A stretch of 64,000 nucleotides of DNA from Nannocystales bacterium (GTDB taxonomy: Bacteria > Myxococcota_A > Polyangia > Nannocystales > Nannocystaceae). Under the pieces are notes generated by a model. It worked only from the letters and a program-made list of their open reading frames with translations. It ran no database searches and had not been told where the DNA came from. Position 1 is the stretch's first letter. Each line of letters opens with the position of its first letter. Positions 1 to 9,704 of the stretch are shown here, piece by piece. The position numbers and the translations under genes were made by a program. Location: contig JBOEGF010000013.1 of the NCBI GenBank assembly GCA_050633305.1, positions 1-64,000 on the forward strand, in the 5' to 3' direction.

Positions 1-271
1 CCCCGCGGGGACCGTTCGGATGCGGCTGCGCCACAACGTCGCCACCGGACCCAGCCCAGACTTCTTCCGGACCTCGTAGCTCCGGGGTATAGCCAACAGA
101 ACGCAGCAGGCGAGCCCAGGCTCGTCCGCTTGCGCTGGCTCTTTGCCGCAAGACGGACTGCCCCCCTGGCCGTCGGGGCCAGGCACTCACGTCCTCGAAG
201 GACAGATAGGCCCGCCCGCCCAACGCCTTGCGATGCCTCAGGCCGCCGATCCCGTCTTCACTGACACCTCT

Positions 272-381
272 GTCAGCACACTACTTCCAGACTGGTGATC
301 GTCAGCACACTACTTCCAGACTGGTGATCGCTTCCAGACTGGTGATCGCTACTTCCAGACTGGTGATCGGACTGGTGATCG
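272..381. repeat. Nested, shrinking tandem repeat with core GACTGGTGATCG (5 copies)
   Basis: GTCAGCACACTACTTCCAGACTGGTGATC at 272-300 and 301-329, then 5'-truncated copies at 331-347, 349-368 and 370-380; no unique spacers. Confidence 0.9.
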
Positions 382-384
382 CCC

Positions 385-2106
385 TCACAGAGGCGCGAGC
401 GAGCTACCGTTCGGGTCAAACGTGATCCGGTAGCGCCCCATCGTCGAAACGTCCTCGAACGTCTCTTCTCCAAACCCGCTCGGCCAACGGACGCGGAGGT
501 CGATCGTCTCATGCGTGTCGGTACCGACATGAGCGAAGTCCGGCACCATCTGTTGGTACGACCGCACGGTGCGGTAGCTCGTACCCACACGGACGCCCGT
601 CTCAGTGTTCAACGCCTCGACGAGTGCTCCCACGGCTCCACTGTTTCCCCCGTTGCCCATCTGTGAAGCGTCGAACTCGAGCTGCACGTACCGCCCGGCT
701 TCCTCGCTCGTGTTCTTCAGCACCGCGACCGTTCCGGGGTGGGCCTCGCTGAGGTCGGTTTCCATCGTCACGAAGTCAATCCGCCCGTCGAGGTCCAGGT
801 CACCCGGTGCGCTGGTGGGTCGGCCTGCCCAACCCACGTGCGTCGGGAGTACGTCGAACGCTTCGGTCAGATCGATCCGTTCGAACAACGACCCATCTCG
901 GTTGATCATCACGTTGATCACGCTGGCCTGCCGGCCAAACACGAACAGATCGACCAGCCCATCGTTGTTGTAGTCGGCCACCGAGTGCGCAGCCTTGCTC
1001 GCAACGTCACCGATGTAGTCGAATCCCTCGACCTCGGGACCGGGCACAAACGTGCCGCCGCTGTTCTGCGCCAGCCAGGCATAGTCTCCGTCGTCGTTGT
1101 TGCCGTAGCAGAAGACATCCAGGTCTCCGTCCAAGTTCGCATCGAAGATGAACGACAGGGCCGATGAGCAGCCCGCGAGGCCAGGCGCTTGGCCATTGGC
1201 GACCATGTTCCCGGTTCCGTCGTTGAGCCACATGGCCCCGTCTGGGTAGACAACGTCCACGAAGGTGTCGCCATCGATGTCAAAGTACAGCGGCGAGCCT
1301 TCGTCCTCACCGACGGCCAGGGCCACGCTGCCGTCCAGATTGAACAGGACGGGCCCGGCGTCACCGACCTCCAAGTCGCCATCGCCGTCAAAATCCGCAA
1401 CCGTGAAGCGTGTTCCGTTGCCCCACGGAGCAGAGTGGAACGCCGCGGTGGGTTGACCCGATGCTGAAGCGGTCGTGTTCTCGATCCACCCGTCGTGGCC
1501 CTCCGTGGTGCGACCGATCGCGTCGACATCCCCGTCCCCATCCAGGTCTGCGATCTGAACGTTCCAGCCACCCGTGAAGAACGGCGCGGTGTCTTCTTTC
1601 CAGGTCGACACCACGCTGAAGCCCTCGGCACCTCCATCGTTGGTCCACATGCAGTGGTCCTCCCGGGCGTGGTCCCAGACCATCACGTCAGGCCAACCAT
1701 CGCTATCCCAATCCCCGATGGCGAACCCGAAGGGGTTGGGAGAGTCGCACTCACCCGAGAGTCGGTCGGAAATGTGCTCGAACGTTGGGTCTCCGGCAGC
1801 CGTGTCCGGAGGTGTCCACTCGGGGCGTGCCGGCTCGCCCGGCCCGGAGTCGTCGGCGCCGCCTGATGAGGAGGACTCCGTAGCTCCGGTTTCTCCACCG
1901 GTCGAAACGTCCGACGTGCCGGGGGCCGTCGTGGACCCAGCCTCCGCTCCTGGAGTGCCGGACGAAGAATCACCGGCATCACCCGACGGGGAACCCGCCC
2001 CGGTCGAGGAGCCCGTGGAGGCCGGCTCGCTCCCGGAGGCAGAGTCACATCCAGCGGCGGGGGAGAGTGCCAGCATGAGAGCGGGGAGCACGACGGAGCG
2101 GCGCAT
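385..2106 (-). CDS. FG-GAP/VCBS repeat lipoprotein with C-terminal ASPIC/UnbV domain (CRTAC1-like)
   Basis: Lipobox AAGC, S/G/T linker, repeated DxDGDGDxD / DYNNDGLVDL motifs, C-terminal GNSGAVGALV...HVG...VRWPSG. Confidence 0.85.
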   Translation of the reverse strand: MRRSVVLPALMLALSPAAGCDSASGSEPASTGSSTGAGSPSGDAGDSSSGTPGAEAGSTTAPGTSDVSTGGETGATESSSSGGADDSGPGEPARPEWTPPDTAAGDPTFEHISDRLSGECDSPNPFGFAIGDWDSDGWPDVMVWDHAREDHCMWTNDGGAEGFSVVSTWKEDTAPFFTGGWNVQIADLDGDGDVDAIGRTTEGHDGWIENTTASASGQPTAAFHSAPWGNGTRFTVADFDGDGDLEVGDAGPVLFNLDGSVALAVGEDEGSPLYFDIDGDTFVDVVYPDGAMWLNDGTGNMVANGQAPGLAGCSSALSFIFDANLDGDLDVFCYGNNDDGDYAWLAQNSGGTFVPGPEVEGFDYIGDVASKAAHSVADYNNDGLVDLFVFGRQASVINVMINRDGSLFERIDLTEAFDVLPTHVGWAGRPTSAPGDLDLDGRIDFVTMETDLSEAHPGTVAVLKNTSEEAGRYVQLEFDASQMGNGGNSGAVGALVEALNTETGVRVGTSYRTVRSYQQMVPDFAHVGTDTHETIDLRVRWPSGFGEETFEDVSTMGRYRITFDPNGSSLAPL

Positions 2107-2663
2107 CGCCCCCCTGTTGCGCGGGCGGCCAAGTTGTCACGCCCTCCCCACGATTTCTTTTCCGTGCCCCCCGTCGCGCCATCTCGAGGCAAGCCGCGAC
2201 TCGAACCCCGCACGCTCGCCGCCGTGTTCGACGGGGACCGTATCGGACTCCCTGGGCCACACCGCCGGACAAGACGAAGGCACATCGCCAACCTCCGACT
2301 GCGCCAGTGCCTCATGCGATACCTGATGAGAACCCGGCAACACCGAAACTGACACATCGTGCCAAATTGACTCACGTCCACGACTTGCACCCCGAACGTG
2401 CCTTACGACCGAAGGCCTCACCACTCCATCAACCCCTGAATTCGCAGGCCTCCGGGGTCCAGGGCAACGACGAGCAATGACGTTGTGTGGGGAAGTAGGC
2501 GTGTGAAATTGCCCCGCGCTGGGACACGCGAACTGCGACAGAATCTGCGAGCCTGTCTCAGACGAAACGGCCTCCTGACGACCGACCCAACACGCCGCCA
2601 ATCCGAGAAACCGCCCACCGTCACCAGCCGTCCCGGCCGATGCGGGAGCGACGGCCCGAAGAT

Positions 2664-3845
2664 ATGCAAGGACTCGACGAAAACTGCAGAGGACACCGAC
2701 GCGTCGCCCCCTGGCGACACGCGATGTGCTTCGCGGTGGCACTCCCCACGCTCGGTAGTTGCGGAGTCCCCGGGGCCGAGTCCGAGCCCGCTGCCAAGGA
2801 GACACGCTCGGCTGCCGAGACCTCCGTTCCCAAGAAGACGAGTGCCCGCGACGCGCCCAAGAAGGTCGGCGTCCTGTACTGGTCGATGAGCATCCCAGGA
2901 CAGGTCGCAATGCGCGAAGGCCTTGAGGCCGCCGTCGCACAGGTCAACGCGAGCCGGAAGGCGGACGGCTTGGGCGCGCTCGAACTCGTGCCCCGGATCG
3001 CCGGGGATGGTGACGAAGGAATCGAGCGGCAGATGAAGCAGATGGACGAGCTGCTCGATCTCGGCGTCGACATCATCATCGCCCAGCCCACCGACACCGC
3101 AGCCCTCCGTGCAGGCCTGCGTCGAGCCAACGCCATGAACATCCCGGTCGTCGCCTACGACCAGCACATCCTCGGCGGGAAGATGGCGTCGTTCGTCACG
3201 TCGGACAACTACCAGGCCGGCTACCTCGATGGAGAGTACGTCGCGTCTCGTTTCCCCGACGAGAAGTCGCTCAAGGTCATCATCGTCGAGTACCCGCAGG
3301 TCTCATCCACCGTTGAGCGCGTCGACGGCTTCGCGGATGCCCTCGAGGCCAGCGGACAAGCATTCGACGTCATCAAGACCTACAACGCCGTCGAGCCTGT
3401 CTCCGGCAAACAGGCCGGGCTCGACATCCTCAAAGACTTCCCCGAGCCTGGTTCCGTCGACGTGGTCTTCACGGTCAACGACGGAGGAGGCCTCTCCGTC
3501 TTCTCCGAACTCGAGGCCGCTGGGCGTACGGAGATCTTCGGCGCGACCAACGATGGAGACCCCTCGTCCGTCGAACAGATCCGGGCTCAGGGCATCATCA
3601 AGATCGACTCGGCCCAGTTTTGCGGGGAGCTCGGCGCGACCGCCCTTCGAACGGCAAACGCACTCCTGCGTGGGGAAGAGGTGAGTCCGAAGCTTCTCGT
3701 GCCCGTGTTCCCGATCACCGTCGAGACGCAGAGCCTGTACAAGGGCTGGGTCGGTGAGGTTCCGAAGGAGTTCCGCAAGCCCTGGGAGAGCGCGACCCCC
3801 ATGTGGTCGCCGGAGATCCGACGCGGGGGCCCGCAAGACCCGTGA
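2664..3845 (+). CDS. Periplasmic sugar-binding protein (RbsB/PBP type I), lipoprotein
   Basis: LGSC lipobox; QMDELLDLGVDIIIAQP, IPVVAYD, SDNYQAG, VERVDGF motifs; start uncertain (2664 or 2724). Confidence 0.85.
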   Translation: MQGLDENCRGHRRVAPWRHAMCFAVALPTLGSCGVPGAESEPAAKETRSAAETSVPKKTSARDAPKKVGVLYWSMSIPGQVAMREGLEAAVAQVNASRKADGLGALELVPRIAGDGDEGIERQMKQMDELLDLGVDIIIAQPTDTAALRAGLRRANAMNIPVVAYDQHILGGKMASFVTSDNYQAGYLDGEYVASRFPDEKSLKVIIVEYPQVSSTVERVDGFADALEASGQAFDVIKTYNAVEPVSGKQAGLDILKDFPEPGSVDVVFTVNDGGGLSVFSELEAAGRTEIFGATNDGDPSSVEQIRAQGIIKIDSAQFCGELGATALRTANALLRGEEVSPKLLVPVFPITVETQSLYKGWVGEVPKEFRKPWESATPMWSPEIRRGGPQDP

Positions 3846-6322
3846 GCAGCCGACCGGCGCAGAGAATCGGTGTTCGGCGAGCCGATCGCTATCTCGCGGT
3901 CGCGTTCGGAACCGTCATCGTGTTCCTCATGGCCGCCGTGCTGCTTCTGGGCGAGACGTTCTCGGACCGGCTCAACAAACGCTACGACGAAGCCCTTGAA
4001 GCGGCGACACTGAGCATGCTCTCGAGTGCCGTCGCCAAAGTGGGCGATTCGGGGAAGTTCCATGAACGAGCGTTGGTCGAAGAACTCGTCGAGTCGAGCG
4101 AGACGATCGACTACGTCATCGTCAGCGACGCGAACGGCCGGATCCGCTCTCACAGCGACCCCAGGAGAAACGGCACAACGCTGCAGAACGCCCAACGCCG
4201 GGCCGTAGCTCGGGCGTTGGCCTCGAGCGAGCCCGTGTTCGACACCCTCGAAACCGAACACGGACCGGTGCGACAGATCTCCGCGGCCTACTCCGCGGGG
4301 TTCAACCGAGAAACACCGGGCGTCATCATTCTCGGGCTTCCGCGCGCAACCGCCGAGATCGAACGCCGCAATATGCGGTGGCTGCTCGGTGGTGTTGTCA
4401 TCGCGCTGACCCTGCTCGCCGCGATCTCGGCCCTCGTCATCAGCCGGATCTACGGGCGAAACATGCGTCGGATGGCCGAGCAACTGGACGGGATTCTCAC
4501 CCACACACCGCTGCTCATTCGGGTGGACAACCATCGTGGAGACGTCGTGCTCAGCAGCGCCGCCTACACGAAGGCGACCTGCGAGGATGAACACCTCGCG
4601 GATGCGATGCGGGCCAGTGATGCAGAACCCGACGGGGATTGGGAGAGCGGTGAAGGCAACCGGTACTCGCTGACGAGCTTCGCCATCGAGCGAATCGGCT
4701 CCAACCCCGTTCAGACCTGCACCGTCGGCCTCGATATCACGAAGCAGAGCCGAGCGGAGCAGGCCCTCCGAGAGAACGAAGAACGCCTCCGAATCACGCT
4801 CGATTCGATCGCGGACGCTGTCATCGCAACCGACTCGGCCACGCGCATCGAACGAATGAACCCACGCGCGGAGAACCTCACTCAGTGGACGCTGTCAGAG
4901 GCCCGCGGAAAGCACCTCCACGACGTATTCCGCACCGAGGCCCTCCCCGAAGGCACGACCGCGGGTGATCACTCCGACGGTACGGACGCGGTCCTGCGTC
5001 CCAAGGATGGCAGCGAGCGACGCATCGAATACTCGTCTTCGAAGATGGCTGGAACCGGCGAGACCGACGTCGGTGACGTGGTCGTGTTTCGTGACGTCAC
5101 CGACCGGCGCCGCGACGAGATGCGGCTGCGACAGGCCGACAAGGAAGACTCCATCGGTCAACTCGCCGGCGGCGTTGCACACGACTTCAACAACATGCTC
5201 ACCGGCATCATGGGCGCGTCCGAGCTCATCGCGCTGGAGATGACGGAGCCGGACGAATCCCGAAACCACGACCACATCAACGAGTACGTCGGACTCATTC
5301 AGGCCACGGCGACGCGGGCGGCGAAGCTGACCGAGCAGCTCCTGACGTTCTCCCGAAGAGGGTCCTCGACCGTGGTCCCCGTCGACGTACACGCACTCAT
5401 CGCGCAGACGGTCGACCTTCTACGCAGCAGCGTCGACAAGCGCATCACGATCCGAACCCAGCTCACGTCTGCCACTCCGATCGTCTCCGGCGATCCCACA
5501 CGAATCCAGATGGCGCTGCTCAACCTCGGCGTAAACGCGCGCGACGCCATGGGCGAGTCGGGAACCCTTTCGATCGAGACCGAGTGCGTCGTGCTCTCGG
5601 CGGCACAGAGCAACGAGCTTGGGGACCCCGTATCGCCCGGCCCATACGTCCGCATCGCGTTTCGAGACACCGGCTGCGGTATGACGGCCACCCAACTCGA
5701 CAAGATCTTCGAGCCCTACTTCACAACCAAAGAACTCGGGAAAGGAACCGGGCTAGGCCTGGCCTCAGTTCAGGGCGCTATTCGCTCGACCCGCGGAGCC
5801 ATCGCCGTCGAGACTGAGCTCGACGTCGGCACGACCTTCACCGTCTTCCTTCCTCGCGTCGAAGAAGCGGAGCAACACCGGGCGACGGATGGCATGCTGC
5901 GTGATGACGGCCAGCCGGGGGCTACAATCCTGGTGGTCGAGGATGAGGAACTCGTCCGTCTCACGGCGGTCCGTTTCCTCGAGTCTCTCGGCTACCAGGT
6001 TCTCGAAGCGAGGGACGGGCGAGAGGCCGTCGAGACATTCGAGGCCAACGCAGAGAGCATCGACATCGTCATCACCGACATGCTCATGCCGGTCATGAAC
6101 GGTCGCGAGGCTTTCTACGCGATCCGAGCGATCCGGCCAGAGGTGCCCGTGGTCGCCGTCTCCGGCTACACCCGCGATGTCGACGTCGAGGCGCTCGAAG
6201 CAGACGGACTGGTGGGCTTTCTACGAAAGCCCTACAAGCACGAAGAGCTGGCGACCCTCGTCGCACGCTCCCTCGACACCGCGACGAAGAACTCGACACG
6301 GAGCGCGCAAAAACCGGACTAA
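3842..6322 (+). CDS. Membrane hybrid sensor histidine kinase (PAS, HisKA, HATPase, receiver)
   Basis: Two TM helices; LAGGVAHDFNNML H-box, NARDAM, DTGCGM, FEPYFTTK, GTGLGL; receiver ILVVEDE...DMLMP...KP; GTG overlaps the upstream TGA. Confidence 0.95.
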   Translation: MSSRPAQRIGVRRADRYLAVAFGTVIVFLMAAVLLLGETFSDRLNKRYDEALEAATLSMLSSAVAKVGDSGKFHERALVEELVESSETIDYVIVSDANGRIRSHSDPRRNGTTLQNAQRRAVARALASSEPVFDTLETEHGPVRQISAAYSAGFNRETPGVIILGLPRATAEIERRNMRWLLGGVVIALTLLAAISALVISRIYGRNMRRMAEQLDGILTHTPLLIRVDNHRGDVVLSSAAYTKATCEDEHLADAMRASDAEPDGDWESGEGNRYSLTSFAIERIGSNPVQTCTVGLDITKQSRAEQALRENEERLRITLDSIADAVIATDSATRIERMNPRAENLTQWTLSEARGKHLHDVFRTEALPEGTTAGDHSDGTDAVLRPKDGSERRIEYSSSKMAGTGETDVGDVVVFRDVTDRRRDEMRLRQADKEDSIGQLAGGVAHDFNNMLTGIMGASELIALEMTEPDESRNHDHINEYVGLIQATATRAAKLTEQLLTFSRRGSSTVVPVDVHALIAQTVDLLRSSVDKRITIRTQLTSATPIVSGDPTRIQMALLNLGVNARDAMGESGTLSIETECVVLSAAQSNELGDPVSPGPYVRIAFRDTGCGMTATQLDKIFEPYFTTKELGKGTGLGLASVQGAIRSTRGAIAVETELDVGTTFTVFLPRVEEAEQHRATDGMLRDDGQPGATILVVEDEELVRLTAVRFLESLGYQVLEARDGREAVETFEANAESIDIVITDMLMPVMNGREAFYAIRAIRPEVPVVAVSGYTRDVDVEALEADGLVGFLRKPYKHEELATLVARSLDTATKNSTRSAQKPD

Positions 6323-6346
6323 GAACGCGCTCAGCCCGTTGTAGAC

Positions 6347-7318
6347 TCATGCGAGCGAGGGTTGAGCGACAGCCTGGAAACGCTCCGGAGCTCGCCGCGA
6401 TGAGAAATCAGACGCGTTCGACCGCAGCTGCTCCAACGCGTCCGCCCACAACGTCTTCCCGGCACCTTCTCGGAAGAACCCGAGGTGCCCGATCTCCTTG
6501 ATGTCCGCGCCAACTTCGGCCGGCTCGAACCATCGGTCTTCGATGCTCGCCTCGGCGTAGAGCCGCATCATGGGCGGCACCGTCGCGCGAGTTGCGATGG
6601 GGTCGTCGCCGAAGCAGTAGGTGACGATCGGAAAGCGTGCTTCATCGAAGTGGACCGCGCCGAAAGGCCGCCCATCGAGACACTGACGATGACCCGTGCC
6701 GTCGAAGAACGCAGCCATGTAGGTCGGCTCCATGCACCACGAGCCCCACTCCGCTGCCGTCGAGCTCACGAGGTTCTCCCCCAGGCCGAAGCGCCGCGCC
6801 GGGAAGTAGCCAAGGGTTGCGCGGGAGAGCGGAACGAACACATTCCACAGCATCCACGTGAACCACTTGTGCCCCGTCGGCATGTCCCGCCAATACCCTG
6901 TGGAGACGGCGACGAAGAGCGCCGCGTCGACACGCTTTACGTTGTGGGCGAGCCCTAGCTGCTGCCCTCCTGCCGAGTGACCCACGACCGCCAACGGAAC
7001 ATCGGGGAGCCGCTGTGTGGCCCAGGCGATTGCGGCGGGGATGTCGTAGTGCCCCCACTCGCGGTTCTGAATCGCGCTCTTGCGGAGGTCCGCCGGGGCC
7101 GAGCCCCCGATGCCCCGGTAGTCGTACGTCAGCACACCGAATCCCCGGGAGGCCGCAAAGGCAGCGAAGCGCCGATAGAAGCCGCGCGGGATTCCGGTCC
7201 CCGAGTTGAGCACCAACACCGTATGCGCGGCCCTTCCCTGCGCAGGGAACCAAGAGCCCGCGAGCGTTCGCCCGTCTTCGGTAGTCAGAGAGATCGTTTC
7301 GAGATCAGCCATCGTCAT
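6347..7318 (-). CDS. Alpha/beta hydrolase
   Basis: YDYRGIG, GHSAGG nucleophile elbow, DDPIA, IGHLGFF. Confidence 0.9.
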   Translation of the reverse strand: MTMADLETISLTTEDGRTLAGSWFPAQGRAAHTVLVLNSGTGIPRGFYRRFAAFAASRGFGVLTYDYRGIGGSAPADLRKSAIQNREWGHYDIPAAIAWATQRLPDVPLAVVGHSAGGQQLGLAHNVKRVDAALFVAVSTGYWRDMPTGHKWFTWMLWNVFVPLSRATLGYFPARRFGLGENLVSSTAAEWGSWCMEPTYMAAFFDGTGHRQCLDGRPFGAVHFDEARFPIVTYCFGDDPIATRATVPPMMRLYAEASIEDRWFEPAEVGADIKEIGHLGFFREGAGKTLWADALEQLRSNASDFSSRRAPERFQAVAQPSLA

Positions 7319-7796
7319 TGCCTTTCGTCGTAGGGGTGTCTTGTGGTGCGTCGAGGGGGCCGGTCTCAGCCCCGATCGCGATCAGGTGGTTGAGAAACCG
7401 GACGACCACTGTCAGCTCGTCGTCGGTGAATCCTTCGCGGAGGCGAGCGTTGGCGCTTCGCAGCATTCGCCGCCCTTGGGCAGCTCGGGTCGCGCCGAGG
7501 TCCGTGACCTCCAACCGGGTGCGGCGGCCGTCGTCGGGATCGGCGACGCGTCGCGCCACCTTCTTGCGGTCGAGCTGTTTCGAGAGGCGACTGACCACCG
7601 CATGGTCGACGTGGAGCACTGCGGCCAGGTCCTGCACCCCGAGAGAGGGATCAGCGGTCAAAGCCCACAGCGCACCGAGCTCCAGGCTGGTCAGGCCGTC
7701 GAGGTGGGCTCGCGTCTCTCGCTCAAACCGAGTCTTGACCGCCTTCTGCGCCCGGTTGAGCAGAAAGAAGAATCGCGCCTTCACAATCCGTGACAT
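7305..7796 (-). CDS. MarR family transcriptional regulator
   Basis: wHTH with DPDDGRRTRLEVTDLG; overlaps the hydrolase start; true start may be GTG 7784. Confidence 0.9.
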   Translation of the reverse strand: MSRIVKARFFFLLNRAQKAVKTRFERETRAHLDGLTSLELGALWALTADPSLGVQDLAAVLHVDHAVVSRLSKQLDRKKVARRVADPDDGRRTRLEVTDLGATRAAQGRRMLRSANARLREGFTDDELTVVVRFLNHLIAIGAETGPLDAPQDTPTTKGNDDG

Positions 7797-7805
7797 ATCA
7801 CGGAT
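7786..7805. promoter_or_regulatory. Palindromic operator, probable MarR autoregulatory site
   Basis: ATCCGTGA-CATA-TCACGGAT perfect 8-bp inverted repeat at the MarR start. Confidence 0.6.
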
Positions 7806-8003
7806 ATTCAAAGGCGCAACACGAAGCTCGCCGGCCGACGTTCCAACACCGTCGGTCGTGAGCGCGTGGTTTTCGGCGCGTCCGCCCCCGCGTCCACTTC
7901 GATGTGTCGTGTGTGTCTCGGAATCGTGACAGGCCGTCACCCTGTATGTGACATCCGAGCCCATACACACGAGTCACCGCGAAGACCCCGAGCCTTTGCC
8001 GGG

Positions 8004-8038
8004 CCGTCACGAAGCTGTCACGCGCTCAGTGGTAAGGG
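8004..8038 (+). promoter_or_regulatory. Pho-box-like direct repeat and -10 region
   Basis: GTCAC at 8006 and 8017 (11-bp period; another at 7973, 33 bp earlier) just upstream of a PhoB-like gene. Confidence 0.55.
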
Positions 8039-8045
8039 CAAAGCT

Positions 8046-8753
8046 GTGACGCCGACGATCCTCATCGTGGACGACGAACGCGACCTGGTGAGCACAGTCC
8101 AGTTCTCGCTGGAGCGAGAGGGCTGGCGAACGCGGGTCGCGTTTGACGGACGAACGGCGCTCGAGGCCGCGGAGGTCGACCCCACCCCCGACCTCATCTT
8201 GCTCGACCTGATGCTCCCCGATATGTCGGGGACCGATATCTGCCGGGTGCTTCGATCCAAGAACGAAACCAAGGACGTCCCGATCGTCATGGTGACCGCC
8301 AAGGACGATGAAATCGATCGCGTCGTCGGGTTCGAGGTTGGGGCCGACGACTACGTGGCGAAACCATTCTCGATGCGCGAGCTGCTGCTGCGCATCAAGG
8401 CAATCCTTCGCCGCCTCGACAAGCCCTTGCCCACCGCACCCGAGCTCGCTTTCGGTCGACTGAAGGTCGACGAGCAGGGCCACCGCGTATGGGTGGACGA
8501 GAGTGAGGTCAGCCTGACCGCGCTCGAGTTCCGCTTGCTCAGCACATTCTTGTCGCGACGGGGTCGAGTGCAGACCCGCGACGCGCTCCTGCACGACGTC
8601 TGGGGACACACGCCCGGCTTGCCCACCCGCACCGTCGACACGCACGTGCAGCGACTCCGCAAGAAGCTCGGTCCGGCCTCGGACTACATCGAGACGCTGC
8701 GCGGCGTCGGCTACCGGTTTCGGACCGACAACGTCGAGATGAGCAGGGTCTGA
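8046..8753 (+). CDS. phoB: OmpR/PhoB family response regulator (PhoB/PhoP-like)
   Basis: ILIVDDE, DLMLPDMSG, GADDYVAKPFS, RTVDTHVQRLRKKLG, IETLRGVGYRF; no adjacent kinase; symbol tentative. Confidence 0.8.
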   Translation: MTPTILIVDDERDLVSTVQFSLEREGWRTRVAFDGRTALEAAEVDPTPDLILLDLMLPDMSGTDICRVLRSKNETKDVPIVMVTAKDDEIDRVVGFEVGADDYVAKPFSMRELLLRIKAILRRLDKPLPTAPELAFGRLKVDEQGHRVWVDESEVSLTALEFRLLSTFLSRRGRVQTRDALLHDVWGHTPGLPTRTVDTHVQRLRKKLGPASDYIETLRGVGYRFRTDNVEMSRV

Positions 8754-8777
8754 TCCTCTCCGAGGTGGCGTCGCCTC

Positions 8778-9650
8778 TCACGACGACGGTGCGCGCAGGA
8801 TGAGCACTCGGTAGCGTCCTACTGGGCGAAAGCCCAGGGCATCGTAGGCCCGGCGTGCCGGGAGATTGCCGTCCCCGGTGAACAGGATCGCGGTCGCGAC
8901 CCCTTGGCGCCGGACCCACTGCAAATGCGACGCGAGCACGCAACGCGCATAGCCTCGACCTCGGTTCGCGTGCGGGGTCCAAACTCCGCCGATCTGCACC
9001 GCGTCGGGTAGCCGAGCGTTGAATGCCGTCTTGGCCACGAGCTCACCGTCCTTCTCCAGCAACCAGTGCCCATCGCCAACCTCGGACGCCAAGGTGTCCT
9101 CGACGCGACGTCGGAGGGCGGCATCGTCGGGGTCTCCGGCCGACTCCACCCGATAACGAACGGTCCAGGCCACCATCGTTTCGAGGTCCTCGGCAGCGAA
9201 CGCTCGGCCCCGCACCGTGCCCTCACGGAGCGCCGCCGGCTCCACCAACCCGGCGAGGTCCAAACGATACAGCGTCTCCCGCTCGTCCATCTGAACCCCC
9301 CTCCCCGGCGGCCCCAGCCCGAGCGCGCTCTCGACCGCGTCCACTTGCGCCTCCGGCCCGACTGCACCGGCGACAGGACGCCCGCTGAGTTCGGTGGCCC
9401 GGGTGCTCAACTCCGATGCGTGGGTCGGCGCGTTGAGAGCCAGATTGCCGCGACGGTAGTGGACAACAACGCCGACCAGTTCATCGCCCCGCCTCGCCCC
9501 AACGTACGTGCCCTGAAAAGGCTGTCCCCGGTCGACGATGCCGTGAGCACGCAGGGCGCTCAGTAGGAACATCGAGTGCTCAAGCCGCTGCCGAAGGAAA
9601 CGTTCCAGAGCAGGGATGTCGTCTGGTCCAAGCTGTACGAGATTGTCCAC
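8778..9650 (-). CDS. GNAT family N-acetyltransferase (FR47-like C-terminal domain)
   Basis: QIGGVWTP..RGRGYA acetyl-CoA motif; NLPARRAYDALGF. Confidence 0.9.
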   Translation of the reverse strand: MDNLVQLGPDDIPALERFLRQRLEHSMFLLSALRAHGIVDRGQPFQGTYVGARRGDELVGVVVHYRRGNLALNAPTHASELSTRATELSGRPVAGAVGPEAQVDAVESALGLGPPGRGVQMDERETLYRLDLAGLVEPAALREGTVRGRAFAAEDLETMVAWTVRYRVESAGDPDDAALRRRVEDTLASEVGDGHWLLEKDGELVAKTAFNARLPDAVQIGGVWTPHANRGRGYARCVLASHLQWVRRQGVATAILFTGDGNLPARRAYDALGFRPVGRYRVLILRAPSS

Positions 9651-9704
9651 GCTGGTTTGGCGCGACGGTAACAGAACCAAACGTGGCGACTCCGAATCGG
9701 GGGC

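Noticed and set aside
272..381. CRISPR array
   Set aside because: Units are adjacent with no unique spacers and unequal lengths; no cas genes in the window.
2190..2260. tRNA-like GGTTCGAGTC on the minus strand
   Set aside because: The T stem does not pair and no acceptor or anticodon arms can be formed.
2347..2368. Sigma-54 promoter (TGGCACG on the minus strand)
   Set aside because: No GC at the -12 position with 10-nt spacing.
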